A DNA stretch of 64,000 nucleotides from an uncultured Chlorobiaceae bacterium. Lineage in GTDB: Bacteria > Bacteroidota > Chlorobiia > Chlorobiales > Chlorobiaceae. The position numbers and the translations under genes were made by a program. Shown here piece after piece: positions 50,753-59,320 of this stretch (position 1 is the stretch's first letter; the number at the start of each line of letters is the position of its first letter). Location: positions 47,104-111,103 of the forward strand of contig CAITSZ010000034.1 of assembly GCA_903895195.1 (NCBI GenBank), in the 5' to 3' direction. The notes under the pieces were generated by a model. It was given only the letters and a program-made list of their open reading frames with translations, had not been told where the DNA came from and made no database searches.

Positions 50753-51844
50753 CTACTGTTTTTTCAAAATCAGAGTTACCCTGTTTTTATTATTCAGTCG
50801 CTGGTAATCGATGCTCTCCGTTACGCTCTGGATAAGGGTCAATCCCAACTCGTCAGATAATAGATTTTTGTCAAGCACATTCATTGCCTCACCGGTGCTT
50901 TCAAAGACAACTTCCAGACTCTCCTTTTTTTCTGAATAGGCAAGATTGATATCAAGGAGTGCCTTAGAGAGAAAAGGATTGTATATCTGCAGCATCTCTT
51001 CAACAATCAGGAGAAGATTGTATCTCTGCTTCACAGCCAGAATCTGTTTATCGCAAAAGGTCTCTATTTCAGCATTCATTGCATACAAATCATAGTCAGG
51101 AGAAGCGATATGATAGGTAAAACTTCTTACCCTGTTTATGAATGTCTTGGTCTTTTCTTTTTGGGGATGAACAAAAATCTGCTCAGGAGTACCTTCTTCG
51201 TAGATAATACCGTCATCCATATAGAGCACCCGATTTGAAACGTCCCTGGCAAAATCCATTTCATGGGTGACAATTGCCATGGTCATGCCGGCTTTAGCCA
51301 ATCGGCGGATAACCGACAAAACTTCGCTTACCATGGTGGGATCAAGCGCCGAAGTCGGCTCGTCAAAAAGAATAATTTTAGGATCCATAGCCATGCAGCG
51401 GGCGATGGCAACGCGTTGTTTCTGACCGCCGGAAAGTTCGTCAGGGTAACTTTCGGCCTTTTCAGCAAGACCTACAAGTTTAAGAAGGTCAACGGCTTTA
51501 CTCCCTGCATCCTCCTTACTCATCCCTAAAAGCTTAATCGGCCCGAGAGTCAGATTATCCATCACAGAGAGATGAGAAAAAAGATTAAACGATTGAAAAA
51601 CCATGTTCATCTTCTGCCGGACTTTTGGTACGTCGGCTTTTGGATCCAGGATGTCAACTCCATCAATCCGGATTGAACCGCCACTTGGTCGATCAAGCAG
51701 GTTGATACAGCGCAAAAAAGTGCTTTTACCAGTTCCGGAAGGTCCAATAATTGAAATAACTTCTCCTGCCTTTATTTCAACAGTGATATCTTTCAGCACT
51801 TCCAGATTCCCGAAACTCTTGGAAAGATGATCTATCTTTATCAT
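50753..51844 (-). CDS. Polar-amino-acid ABC transporter ATPase with ~115-aa C-terminal RsbW-like extension
   Basis: Walker [10 protein letters not shown], signature LSGGQKQR, Walker [12 protein letters not shown] and H-loop VTHEM within residues 1-245. Residues ~250-363 align by eye with the adjacent RsbW-like protein (see findings). Confidence 0.85.
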   Translation of the reverse strand: MIKIDHLSKSFGNLEVLKDITVEIKAGEVISIIGPSGTGKSTFLRCINLLDRPSGGSIRIDGVDILDPKADVPKVRQKMNMVFQSFNLFSHLSVMDNLTLGPIKLLGMSKEDAGSKAVDLLKLVGLAEKAESYPDELSGGQKQRVAIARCMAMDPKIILFDEPTSALDPTMVSEVLSVIRRLAKAGMTMAIVTHEMDFARDVSNRVLYMDDGIIYEEGTPEQIFVHPQKEKTKTFINRVRSFTYHIASPDYDLYAMNAEIETFCDKQILAVKQRYNLLLIVEEMLQIYNPFLSKALLDINLAYSEKKESLEVVFESTGEAMNVLDKNLLSDELGLTLIQSVTESIDYQRLNNKNRVTLILKKQ

Positions 51845-53580
51845 GCGTTTGTTATCGGTTTTCTGTTGAGTTTAGGGTTAGCCAACCGTTCAGCATACTC
51901 CATGAACAACATGAGAAACCATGAAATCAGGTAATACAAAACGGCAACCATGATAAGGGGAAAAAAGGCATCAAAGGTACGACTGCGAATGATGTCACTT
52001 GCCTTCGTCAAATCCTGCACGGCAATGTATCCTACTATGGAGGTCATTTTAACCAGCGAAATAAATTCGCCCTTATAGACTGGCAGTATGCGCTGAACGG
52101 TTTGCGGGAGAACAATAAAAATAAAGGTGTTGACCCTGGTAAAGCCCATGGCAATTCCAGCTTCAGACTGCCCTTTATCTATACTCTCTATGCCTGAACG
52201 GTATATTTCCGCAACATACGCCGCAAAATTCATCCCGAATGCAATAACTGAAACAATAACAGGATCAATATTTACCGAAGCAAAGACGACATAAAATATC
52301 AGCATTAAAAACACCAGTACAGGTGTTCCCCGTAAAATAGAGATATAGGTTTTCGCCAGCACATTGAGTATTGCGTTTTTAGACATTCTCATAAAACAGA
52401 CAATCGCACCAAGGACGGTGCCGAAAAAAGTTGAGAGCACTGAAATAATCACAGTTGTTTTCAGCCCTTCCAGAATAAGCAGATAACGATTTTCCTGAAC
52501 GATATTACTCTGCATGCTGTTAGCTATACCGGCAAAAAATGAGGGGATCTCTCCCGTCTTTTTACTCACCCTCACCTCTTTATTGAGTGCTATATTTTTT
52601 TTCAGCACAAACATATTGGCCAGAACAATATCAGAAGGGGTTTTGTAGTGCAGGATTGTTGCTTTTGGATATGTTTTTATAGCATAAGCGTCATGAACAG
52701 AACCAAGCGAAACCCCAATCCGCCTGTCTTTCAGATCGGCAGCAGATGAAATTTCAGTTGCTTCTTTTTTTCCGGCAACTCCGGGTTTATTGACGAGCAT
52801 GACCTGTGCATTGAGAAAGTAAGACTGTGTGAAGTTCACCTTTTTTTTGCGCTCTTCTGTTGCAGTCATCCCTGATATAATAAGATCCACCTTGCCTGAT
52901 TGCAATGCAGGTATAAGCGCCATAAATTTCATGTTATGAAATTCAATCGGCCGATGGAGTCTGGCCCCGATGATGCGTGCCAGCTCACCATCAAATCCAA
53001 TCACTCTGCCATTTTTGTCAACAAAATTAATCGGTTCACGCGTAGCGGTTACCCCTATTTTTAAAATCTGACCGCGCGAAGGAAGTGCAATCTGCTTTTC
53101 TTCATAGGGAGTCATCTCCTTTTTGAACCAGCGCCTGTTCATATCCGCCAGCGTGCCATTGGCTTTCAATTCACCTACAATCCTGTCGACTGCGGCAAAG
53201 AGCTGTTCATCCTCTTTTTTAACCGCAATAGACGTATCCTCGTCTTTAAGCCTCTCGTTGAGGCATACAAGTTCCGGATTTTTCTTTGATACCTGAAGAG
53301 CTGTAACGGATGTTGTAACAATAGCATCAAGCTGACCTGACTTTATTGCCGCAACTGCGTCCATGATGTCATCAAAACTTTTGATCTGCGCATCCGGAAA
53401 CTTCGCATTGGCAATAGTCTCTCCGGTTGTACCGGTCATCACACCGATTTTTGCAAATTTGGCATCAGCAAAACTCGTTATGAACAACTCATTTTTACGG
53501 CACCCGGCAAAAGCAATAACAAACAAAAAAAATGAAAGCAGCGGGACTACCCTCTTTTTCATCTTCCACTCTTTATTCAT
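51841..53580 (-). CDS. Fusion of periplasmic amino-acid-binding domains with an ABC permease (His/Glu/Gln/Arg/opine family)
   Basis: Lipoprotein-like signal FAGC. SBP_bac_3-type blocks ([38 protein letters not shown]). The C-terminal permease has the EAA-like loop [14 protein letters not shown]. Confidence 0.8.
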   Translation of the reverse strand: MNKEWKMKKRVVPLLSFFLFVIAFAGCRKNELFITSFADAKFAKIGVMTGTTGETIANAKFPDAQIKSFDDIMDAVAAIKSGQLDAIVTTSVTALQVSKKNPELVCLNERLKDEDTSIAVKKEDEQLFAAVDRIVGELKANGTLADMNRRWFKKEMTPYEEKQIALPSRGQILKIGVTATREPINFVDKNGRVIGFDGELARIIGARLHRPIEFHNMKFMALIPALQSGKVDLIISGMTATEERKKKVNFTQSYFLNAQVMLVNKPGVAGKKEATEISSAADLKDRRIGVSLGSVHDAYAIKTYPKATILHYKTPSDIVLANMFVLKKNIALNKEVRVSKKTGEIPSFFAGIANSMQSNIVQENRYLLILEGLKTTVIISVLSTFFGTVLGAIVCFMRMSKNAILNVLAKTYISILRGTPVLVFLMLIFYVVFASVNIDPVIVSVIAFGMNFAAYVAEIYRSGIESIDKGQSEAGIAMGFTRVNTFIFIVLPQTVQRILPVYKGEFISLVKMTSIVGYIAVQDLTKASDIIRSRTFDAFFPLIMVAVLYYLISWFLMLFMEYAERLANPKLNRKPITNA

Positions 53581-54358
53581 TGACCACTGCTGCTATACCG
53601 CCAATGTAGTAAGGGTCAGAAAAGAGAACTTTTTTGGCTCGCTCATCGGTAATAGTGATACATGCAGCAATCATATCAACCTTGCCGGAAATCAATGCCG
53701 GAATCATTGCGCCGAACTCCATATTGACAACTTCAAGTTTCATATCAAGCTTTTTAGCAACATAACGGGCAAGTTCGATATCAAATCCCACAATACCCCC
53801 TGAGCCATCAACAAAAGAAAACGGTTCTGTTACACTTGATGTACCAAGCCTCAAAACACCTTTGTTGCCGGTTAATGGAATCGCCGGCATAGGAGCTGGA
53901 TTGCCTGTTTTGGGAAACCAGCGCTGCATCATGGCATCATAACCGCCATTTTTTTTCAGCTCGCCCACAACAAGATCAATATTTCTTTTCAGCTCACGAT
54001 TATCTGGCTGAACTGCAAAGCCGTAATTATCCGTTGTGATCATCTCTGGAAGCACCAGAAGTCCACTGTTTTTTGCCACTATGTTTTTCAGAATCGGTTC
54101 ATCATATGCTGCCGCATCAGCCTTGCCGGTTTTAACCGCCAACACTGCGTCCATGACACTGTTGAAGTACTTGAATTTGGCATTGGGTAATTTTGAGAGT
54201 ACCAGCTTGTCAGCAACGGTTCCGGTCGGTACTGCAATCTCCATGCCGTCAAGTTGTTGAAGCTTTGTAATTTTTTCTCTTTTGCTGTTGCAGCCTGACA
54301 GCATGAAAAATGAAGAAAAAATTACTACCAGTAGAATCCTGAAATTATTAGCGATCAT
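53573..54358 (-). CDS. Periplasmic polar-amino-acid-binding protein (SBP_bac_3), apparently circularly permuted
   Basis: Signal plus lipobox-like LSGC. The canonical N-terminal block (PFSFVD..G.IVGFDIELARYVAKKL...IPALISGKVDMIAA.ITIT.ERAK) lies in the C-terminal half of this protein. Confidence 0.75.
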   Translation of the reverse strand: MIANNFRILLVVIFSSFFMLSGCNSKREKITKLQQLDGMEIAVPTGTVADKLVLSKLPNAKFKYFNSVMDAVLAVKTGKADAAAYDEPILKNIVAKNSGLLVLPEMITTDNYGFAVQPDNRELKRNIDLVVGELKKNGGYDAMMQRWFPKTGNPAPMPAIPLTGNKGVLRLGTSSVTEPFSFVDGSGGIVGFDIELARYVAKKLDMKLEVVNMEFGAMIPALISGKVDMIAACITITDERAKKVLFSDPYYIGGIAAVVNE

Positions 54359-54440
54359 AACACTTCTTTTTTTTGGTTAAACAGAAATTCCCCGAGGAAA
54401 ATATAAAACTAAAAACTTCTCCCCCTGATACATGCAGGCA

Positions 54441-56381
54441 TCATACATCGGTAACAATGCCGCGATATTTTATGGCAACCATGGTAACATCATCGGACTG
54501 AGGTGCCCCGTTGGCATGACGGGTCACTTCTGCCCGGATGGTGTGAATCATGTCGGTAAGGTCATCTTTTGAGCCATCATTCAACGCCTGCAAAAGCCTC
54601 GACTCTCCGTAGAGCTCTTCTTCAGGATTTTTCGCCTCAGTCACCCCGTCAGTATAAAGAAAAAGGATATCCCCCTTCTGGAGGGTCAAGTGCTCGGTTT
54701 CATAAACAGAATCCGGCATAGGCCCAAGCACAAATCCATGTTTCGGTGCAAGATACCGTATTCCCAGGGAGTCAATAATCAGGGGCGGATTATGGCCCGC
54801 ATTGGCAAAACGAACCTCTCCACTTCCGGTATCAAGAATTGCGCAAAAAACAGTCGCAAACATGCAACTCTCATTATCTGCCGCAAGAATGTTATTGACA
54901 TAGGAAAGGATCATAGCGGGTTCTCCAAGGCGCTGTCCTTCTGACTTCAAGAGGGTCTTGGCAACCATCATGTAAAGGGCAGCGGGGACCCCCTTATCAG
55001 CTACATCTGCAATAAGAAAACAGAGATTGTTGTCGTCAATAAAAAAGAAATCGTAAAAGTCGCCACCGACCTCTTTAGCCGGGTCCATAGAGGCAAAAAT
55101 ATCGAACTCGGGACGATCCGGAAATGCAGGAAACAACCGCGGCAAAAGACTGGCTTGAATATCAGTTGCCACCTTGAGCTCGCTCTGTATACGTTCTTTT
55201 GCAGCGGTGGTCTCCGTGAGATTTTTAATGTACTCCTTAAGCGACGTGACCATCAACTGAAACGATGAAGTCAGCACACCAACTTCATCATTCGACCTAA
55301 CCACTGGAAGTTCAATATCAAAGTTGCCAGAAGCCATAACCTCTGTAGCCTCAGCAAGTGATCGGAGAGGTTTGGTAATGGAGCTTGCAATTGAGTATAC
55401 CGCCAATGTCAAAAGCAGAATTCCTGCAAGTCCCATGCCGGCCATGGTTAAGCTCAGCTTTCTGACGTTTTCGACCAGCTCCTCTTCAGGGAATACCACA
55501 GCAAGAGTCCATCCAGTTGAACGGATCGGAGCAAAATACATCCAGCTTTTAACCCCGACAAGACTTGTATAGTGCACAAACCCGGACTCCCCCTGGACCA
55601 TCTTCTTGCCAAGGTCCCGCAAGGAAGTATCATGCCTCGACTCTGCAATACTAAAAAAAGTCTCATTCATGATCGCATCCTTCAAAGGATGAGCAAGCAC
55701 CATCCCGTTACGGGAGAGAAGCGCTGCATAACCGGTTTTAAGAATTTTAACAGAAGAGATAAGCTCTGTCAGCGAGACAAGAGGAATATCCGATGTCACA
55801 ATTCCCTTGAGAATCCTCGTTCCACCTCGGTCCAGGTAGAAAGGAACCGAACAGGTAGCCATCGCAATATTAGCGCCTCCATCATCATAATAGGGTTCAC
55901 TCCATTCAAGTTTACCCAACTCCCGCGGAATCTGATACCAGTCCCAATAAACATAAGGCACATACTGATAAGAGTCTTCCAGGCGTATGAATGTGATTTT
56001 TCCTTTTTCCCTGTAAAAATAAGGAGCATACAGGCGATTAGCTTTTCTGAAGGCATAGGGCTCAAATGCAATTCCAGCCCCATATATCCTGGGATTATCC
56101 TCTAAAGTCGTCCTGATCCGGGCAAGAAGTTCATTTTCAGTATACCTGCCCGTTTCCATCGATCGGGCCACTCCTTCAGTAACCTTAGTAACCGACACAA
56201 GCTCACTCTCTACCCTGTTCACCAAAGACATTGCAAGATTACGGGCATTGTTTTCCAGCTCTTGTTCGAGAATAAGGCGCGACTCGTAATAATTATAACC
56301 AAGCGTGAAAGCAAAAATAAGCACACTGCAAAACGTGATCACAAGAATCAGCTTAAAGACAATGCTTTTATGGCCGGGCAT
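54441..56381 (-). CDS. Membrane sensor phosphatase: double-Cache-like periplasmic domain, HAMP, PP2C/SpoIIE (RsbU-type) domain
   Basis: TM1, then a ~280-aa extracytoplasmic region and TM2. HAMP (ITKPLRSLAEATEVMASGNFD). PP2C blocks GGDFYDFF, ADVADKGVPAAL, NAGHNPP, LYTDGVTEA and DDVTMVAI. Confidence 0.85.
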   Translation of the reverse strand: MPGHKSIVFKLILVITFCSVLIFAFTLGYNYYESRLILEQELENNARNLAMSLVNRVESELVSVTKVTEGVARSMETGRYTENELLARIRTTLEDNPRIYGAGIAFEPYAFRKANRLYAPYFYREKGKITFIRLEDSYQYVPYVYWDWYQIPRELGKLEWSEPYYDDGGANIAMATCSVPFYLDRGGTRILKGIVTSDIPLVSLTELISSVKILKTGYAALLSRNGMVLAHPLKDAIMNETFFSIAESRHDTSLRDLGKKMVQGESGFVHYTSLVGVKSWMYFAPIRSTGWTLAVVFPEEELVENVRKLSLTMAGMGLAGILLLTLAVYSIASSITKPLRSLAEATEVMASGNFDIELPVVRSNDEVGVLTSSFQLMVTSLKEYIKNLTETTAAKERIQSELKVATDIQASLLPRLFPAFPDRPEFDIFASMDPAKEVGGDFYDFFFIDDNNLCFLIADVADKGVPAALYMMVAKTLLKSEGQRLGEPAMILSYVNNILAADNESCMFATVFCAILDTGSGEVRFANAGHNPPLIIDSLGIRYLAPKHGFVLGPMPDSVYETEHLTLQKGDILFLYTDGVTEAKNPEEELYGESRLLQALNDGSKDDLTDMIHTIRAEVTRHANGAPQSDDVTMVAIKYRGIVTDV

Positions 56382-57384
56382 TAGACCTCCTCGAAAACGC
56401 TGTATAATCCGGATAACTGTGAATCAGGCCTTCACGTTGCATAGTATTTCCAACCGCTTCATAATCCATGCTGTTAAGCGTCCCCATACCTCCCTTACCC
56501 TTGCCGGGTTTCACAAGGTCCTGCATTCGGTCAAGCATCCATTTCTGGTGGATCCGATTCGCAGGAACCTGAGCCAGATGCATATACTTGATAACGATCT
56601 CAAGCGCCTCGTCAGGATGAGCAAAAGCATATTGCCACCCTTCAAGCGAAGCACTGACAAAGGCATCTGCCAGAGCCGGATCCCTTGTAATGGTTTTTTC
56701 CAGAGTGTAAAGACCATCCTCGGGAAAATTCATACCCTGGTCACTGAGAAACACAGCATTCAGCTGCTCCGCATCCACACCGGAATTAAGGATAACGTGA
56801 TACTCGTTATACCACATGGCCGAGGTCACATCAATTCCCCCCCGCAAAAAAAGGTTCACCGTGTGCGAAAGGGGCACTTCCCTTACTGCAATGCCATGTT
56901 TTAAAAATAACGTCCTGGGAGGAATGGAAAGGTCTCCCCCCCACAGACCGACCTTTTTGCCTTTCATATCTTCCAAGCTTCTGATTCCGCTGGATTTTTT
57001 GGAAATCAGCATCATAGAAGACCTCTGAATAATTTGCGACACATTGACAAGCTTTGTGCCGGCATTCCGATGCTGAAGAGCTGTAGTGAGCCATAGAACA
57101 GCAAAATCAGCCTGACCACTCTGTAAAGATTCTGCAGCAGAATGACCTGCACCACCATTAAGAATTGTCAAATCAATCCCATGCCTGGCATAAATCCCTT
57201 TATCAAGAGCCACATAATACCCTGCAAACTGGGCTTGTGGGCTCCAAAGGGGAATGAGTGTGGCTTTTTTGAGGGCAATATGAGCTATTGCAGATTGCGT
57301 ATAAACAGAGCAGAAGATGAACATCTGAAGAATTCCCAGGATACGCACGAATAACTGCATTTGATTGGAACTCTTGTACCTCAT
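56368..57384 (-). CDS. NMT1/THI5-like (NitT/TauT-type) periplasmic substrate-binding protein
   Basis: Signal-like MRYKSSNQMQLFVRILGILQMFIFCSV. PLWSPQAQFAGYYVALDKGIY and GKKVGLWGGD are typical of NMT1-like SBPs. The start is uncertain (57384, 57360 or 57447). Confidence 0.7.
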   Translation of the reverse strand: MRYKSSNQMQLFVRILGILQMFIFCSVYTQSAIAHIALKKATLIPLWSPQAQFAGYYVALDKGIYARHGIDLTILNGGAGHSAAESLQSGQADFAVLWLTTALQHRNAGTKLVNVSQIIQRSSMMLISKKSSGIRSLEDMKGKKVGLWGGDLSIPPRTLFLKHGIAVREVPLSHTVNLFLRGGIDVTSAMWYNEYHVILNSGVDAEQLNAVFLSDQGMNFPEDGLYTLEKTITRDPALADAFVSASLEGWQYAFAHPDEALEIVIKYMHLAQVPANRIHQKWMLDRMQDLVKPGKGKGGMGTLNSMDYEAVGNTMQREGLIHSYPDYTAFSRRSNARP

Positions 57385-57563
57385 TGTAATCCTGAGCATC
57401 TCCGTTCCCCTTTTCATGAATAGATCTGGCAGAGGGAATCCGTGCATGAACCAATAGTTACGGCGTCAGAGGATATTGTGCTAAAAACAACTACAGCCCT
57501 CCTGCTCTTTTTTTAAGCAACTTTCCAATGTAACTATATTTCAGATGATCTGTTATCCCCAAT

Positions 57564-57775
57564 CTCAGCCCTCAGCCCTGAATACTCATAACTCCGAAAC
57601 CTGCCCACTGCCAACTACCAACTTTTCCCCCTTTCCCTCAGCACTCAGCACTTTTTTCCCTTGCCAACTGCTTCATCTTCGCTCAGCACTCAGCACTCAG
57701 CACTCAGCACTCAGCACTCAGCACTTTTTTCCCTTGCCAACTGCCAACTGCCAACTTTTCCCCCTTTCCCTCGGC
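57564..57775. repeat. Composite heptanucleotide tandem-repeat array (CTCAGCC x2, CTGCCMA x3, CTCAGCA x2 and x6, TGCCAAC x3) with T/C-rich linkers
   Basis: Read directly: 57682-57724 is 6 consecutive CTCAGCA units, and 57735-57755 is 3 TGCCAAC units. The linkers TTTTCCCCCTTTCCC and TTTTTTCCCT each occur twice. Confidence 0.9.
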
Positions 57776-57782
57776 ACTATAT

Positions 57783-58616
57783 TTAAAGCCCCGGCCAATC
57801 TTCCAGTTTAGGGGCTGAACTCTTTTCTCTCAATAAGTCAGGCGGAAGTGCAGGGAAAAAAGTAACACCTGTTTCTTTGGTAATATCCGATATCGGCACA
57901 GCGTATTTGGGTAAATCACTTGCCGAAACGGCAGCATTCGGGATCTTGAAACCGATAAACTTGCCTGCCTTTTTGTCCACGATCACCTTCCACATAGCCA
58001 TCGGCACACCAATACTATCCTTCCCGATCTTTCTGTATGGTGAACCATAGATTGTACCGGTTACCACGTAAAGGTCTTTTCCTTTTCTGACCCAGTTCCG
58101 CACAACAGTTTCAAGTTTTTTCCATATCCCTCGATTGAGGTTTGGATTTTGCGGCACAATATTACTTAGCAAAAAACACTCCGACATAATTTTTGCTGAT
58201 TGCGTGTTATCGTCAGCAGGATCAAGATGACCTCTGTCATAAGTCTTATCGTAGTCGCTCAAATTAGCACGTACTGAATCCGCCAATTCAGGATCAGCCC
58301 GAAAATCGTCTTTTCGCTTTGCCGGTCCGCTTATTGCTTTTTTGGTAAGATGTTCACAAACATATTCAGCGGTTTTTGTCCTGTAGAGATAATGCACTGC
58401 ATACGTCGTCCTGATAAGATACTGATCACTTTTGGTTACCGGACTTTCAGGCGCTCCCCAGCAGACAAGTTGCGAAGCTTTATCGTCAATCGGGTTGGCA
58501 TATGCAAAGATGGAGTTGAGGGCCTGAAAAGAGAGGATAAGGCAGAGCGACATTGCCGCCATGCTGAATTTGGCGGTATTTTTTTTCATCACTTTAGTCC
58601 TGTTCTGAATGTTCAT
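57783..58616 (-). CDS. Secreted DNA/RNA non-specific endonuclease (NucA / Endonuclease_NS family)
   Basis: Signal peptide. Catalytic YDRGHLDPADDN (DRGH motif) and a downstream NIVPQ...N..IW. Confidence 0.85.
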   Translation of the reverse strand: MNIQNRTKVMKKNTAKFSMAAMSLCLILSFQALNSIFAYANPIDDKASQLVCWGAPESPVTKSDQYLIRTTYAVHYLYRTKTAEYVCEHLTKKAISGPAKRKDDFRADPELADSVRANLSDYDKTYDRGHLDPADDNTQSAKIMSECFLLSNIVPQNPNLNRGIWKKLETVVRNWVRKGKDLYVVTGTIYGSPYRKIGKDSIGVPMAMWKVIVDKKAGKFIGFKIPNAAVSASDLPKYAVPISDITKETGVTFFPALPPDLLREKSSAPKLEDWPGL

Positions 58617-58860
58617 GAGTTATCGTCAGAAACAACACCGCCAGACATCAAACGAAGTGTTAAAATGCCCGCTCTCACCACTTTTATCAATCACCCTGTA
58701 ATTGATAACGAAATGGCAGAACTGTAAATGTGTACTATCTGAAAAAAAAATAATTCGTGGGTATCTACATGACTGCCTGCCAATGCTCTTTCATTTTTTG
58801 AAAAAGCATTGATGATATATGAAACCATTCGTTGTGAACAAAAGAATCCTTTACAAATTT

Positions 58861-59169
58861 CTATGCAATGTCATCTTTCAAGCTGTCACTGACGGCGTGC
58901 TTGAACTCCTTTGAAATCTTGAATGCCGGTACTTTTTTAGCATCCACAGTAACTTTTTCTCCAGTTCTTGGATTTCTTGCATCCCGCAGATTTTTGTGCC
59001 TGATATTGAACGAGCCGAAACCTCTTATCTCAATTCTTTTACCTGCTTTAAGTGAATCAATAACACTTTCAAAAAAAGCGTCCACAACCGATTCTGTCTC
59101 GTATTTCGTCAGACCTGTTTTTCCGGAAATAGAATTAACAAGATCTGCTTTTGTTGTTGTCGTTCCCAT
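58861..59169 (-). CDS. HU/IHF-family DNA-binding protein (IHF-beta-like)
   Basis: RIEIRGFGSFNIRHKNLRDARNPRTGEKVTV is the IHF/HU beta-arm signature. 102 aa. Confidence 0.85.
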   Translation of the reverse strand: MGTTTTKADLVNSISGKTGLTKYETESVVDAFFESVIDSLKAGKRIEIRGFGSFNIRHKNLRDARNPRTGEKVTVDAKKVPAFKISKEFKHAVSDSLKDDIA

Positions 59170-59320
59170 GATGATGTATATAAATTAACCGTTAAAAGTA
59201 AGCGCAGTTTACAATGTACATATATATAAGCAAATGAAGTCCACAATGCACATATATATCTTAAACGTTTTAATACAATAAGAGTTCCCGGGAGAAGGGT
59301 AAAGTCGGCACCCAGCACTC

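Noticed and set aside
57385-57563. The leader of the NMT1/THI5-like binding-protein gene was checked for a TPP riboswitch.
   Set aside because: There is no CTGAGA core or ACCTGATCTGGATAATGCCAGCG-like pyrophosphate-sensor helix.
57735-57755. On the minus strand the TGCCAAC repeats read GTTGGCAGTTGGCAG, which superficially resembles a sigma-54 -24 TGGCAC element.
   Set aside because: With 7-nt periodicity, GG and GC cannot be placed at the required spacing of about 12 nt, and no TTGC -12 element exists in the correct register.
57564-57775. I considered whether the repeat array could be a CRISPR array.
   Set aside because: The units are 7 nt and directly tandem with no unique spacers. No cas genes are in the window.
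57545-57811. An 88-aa plus-strand ORF in the track.
   Set aside because: It is a translation of the heptamer repeat array (SALSTQH repeated). It has no start context and a low-complexity product.
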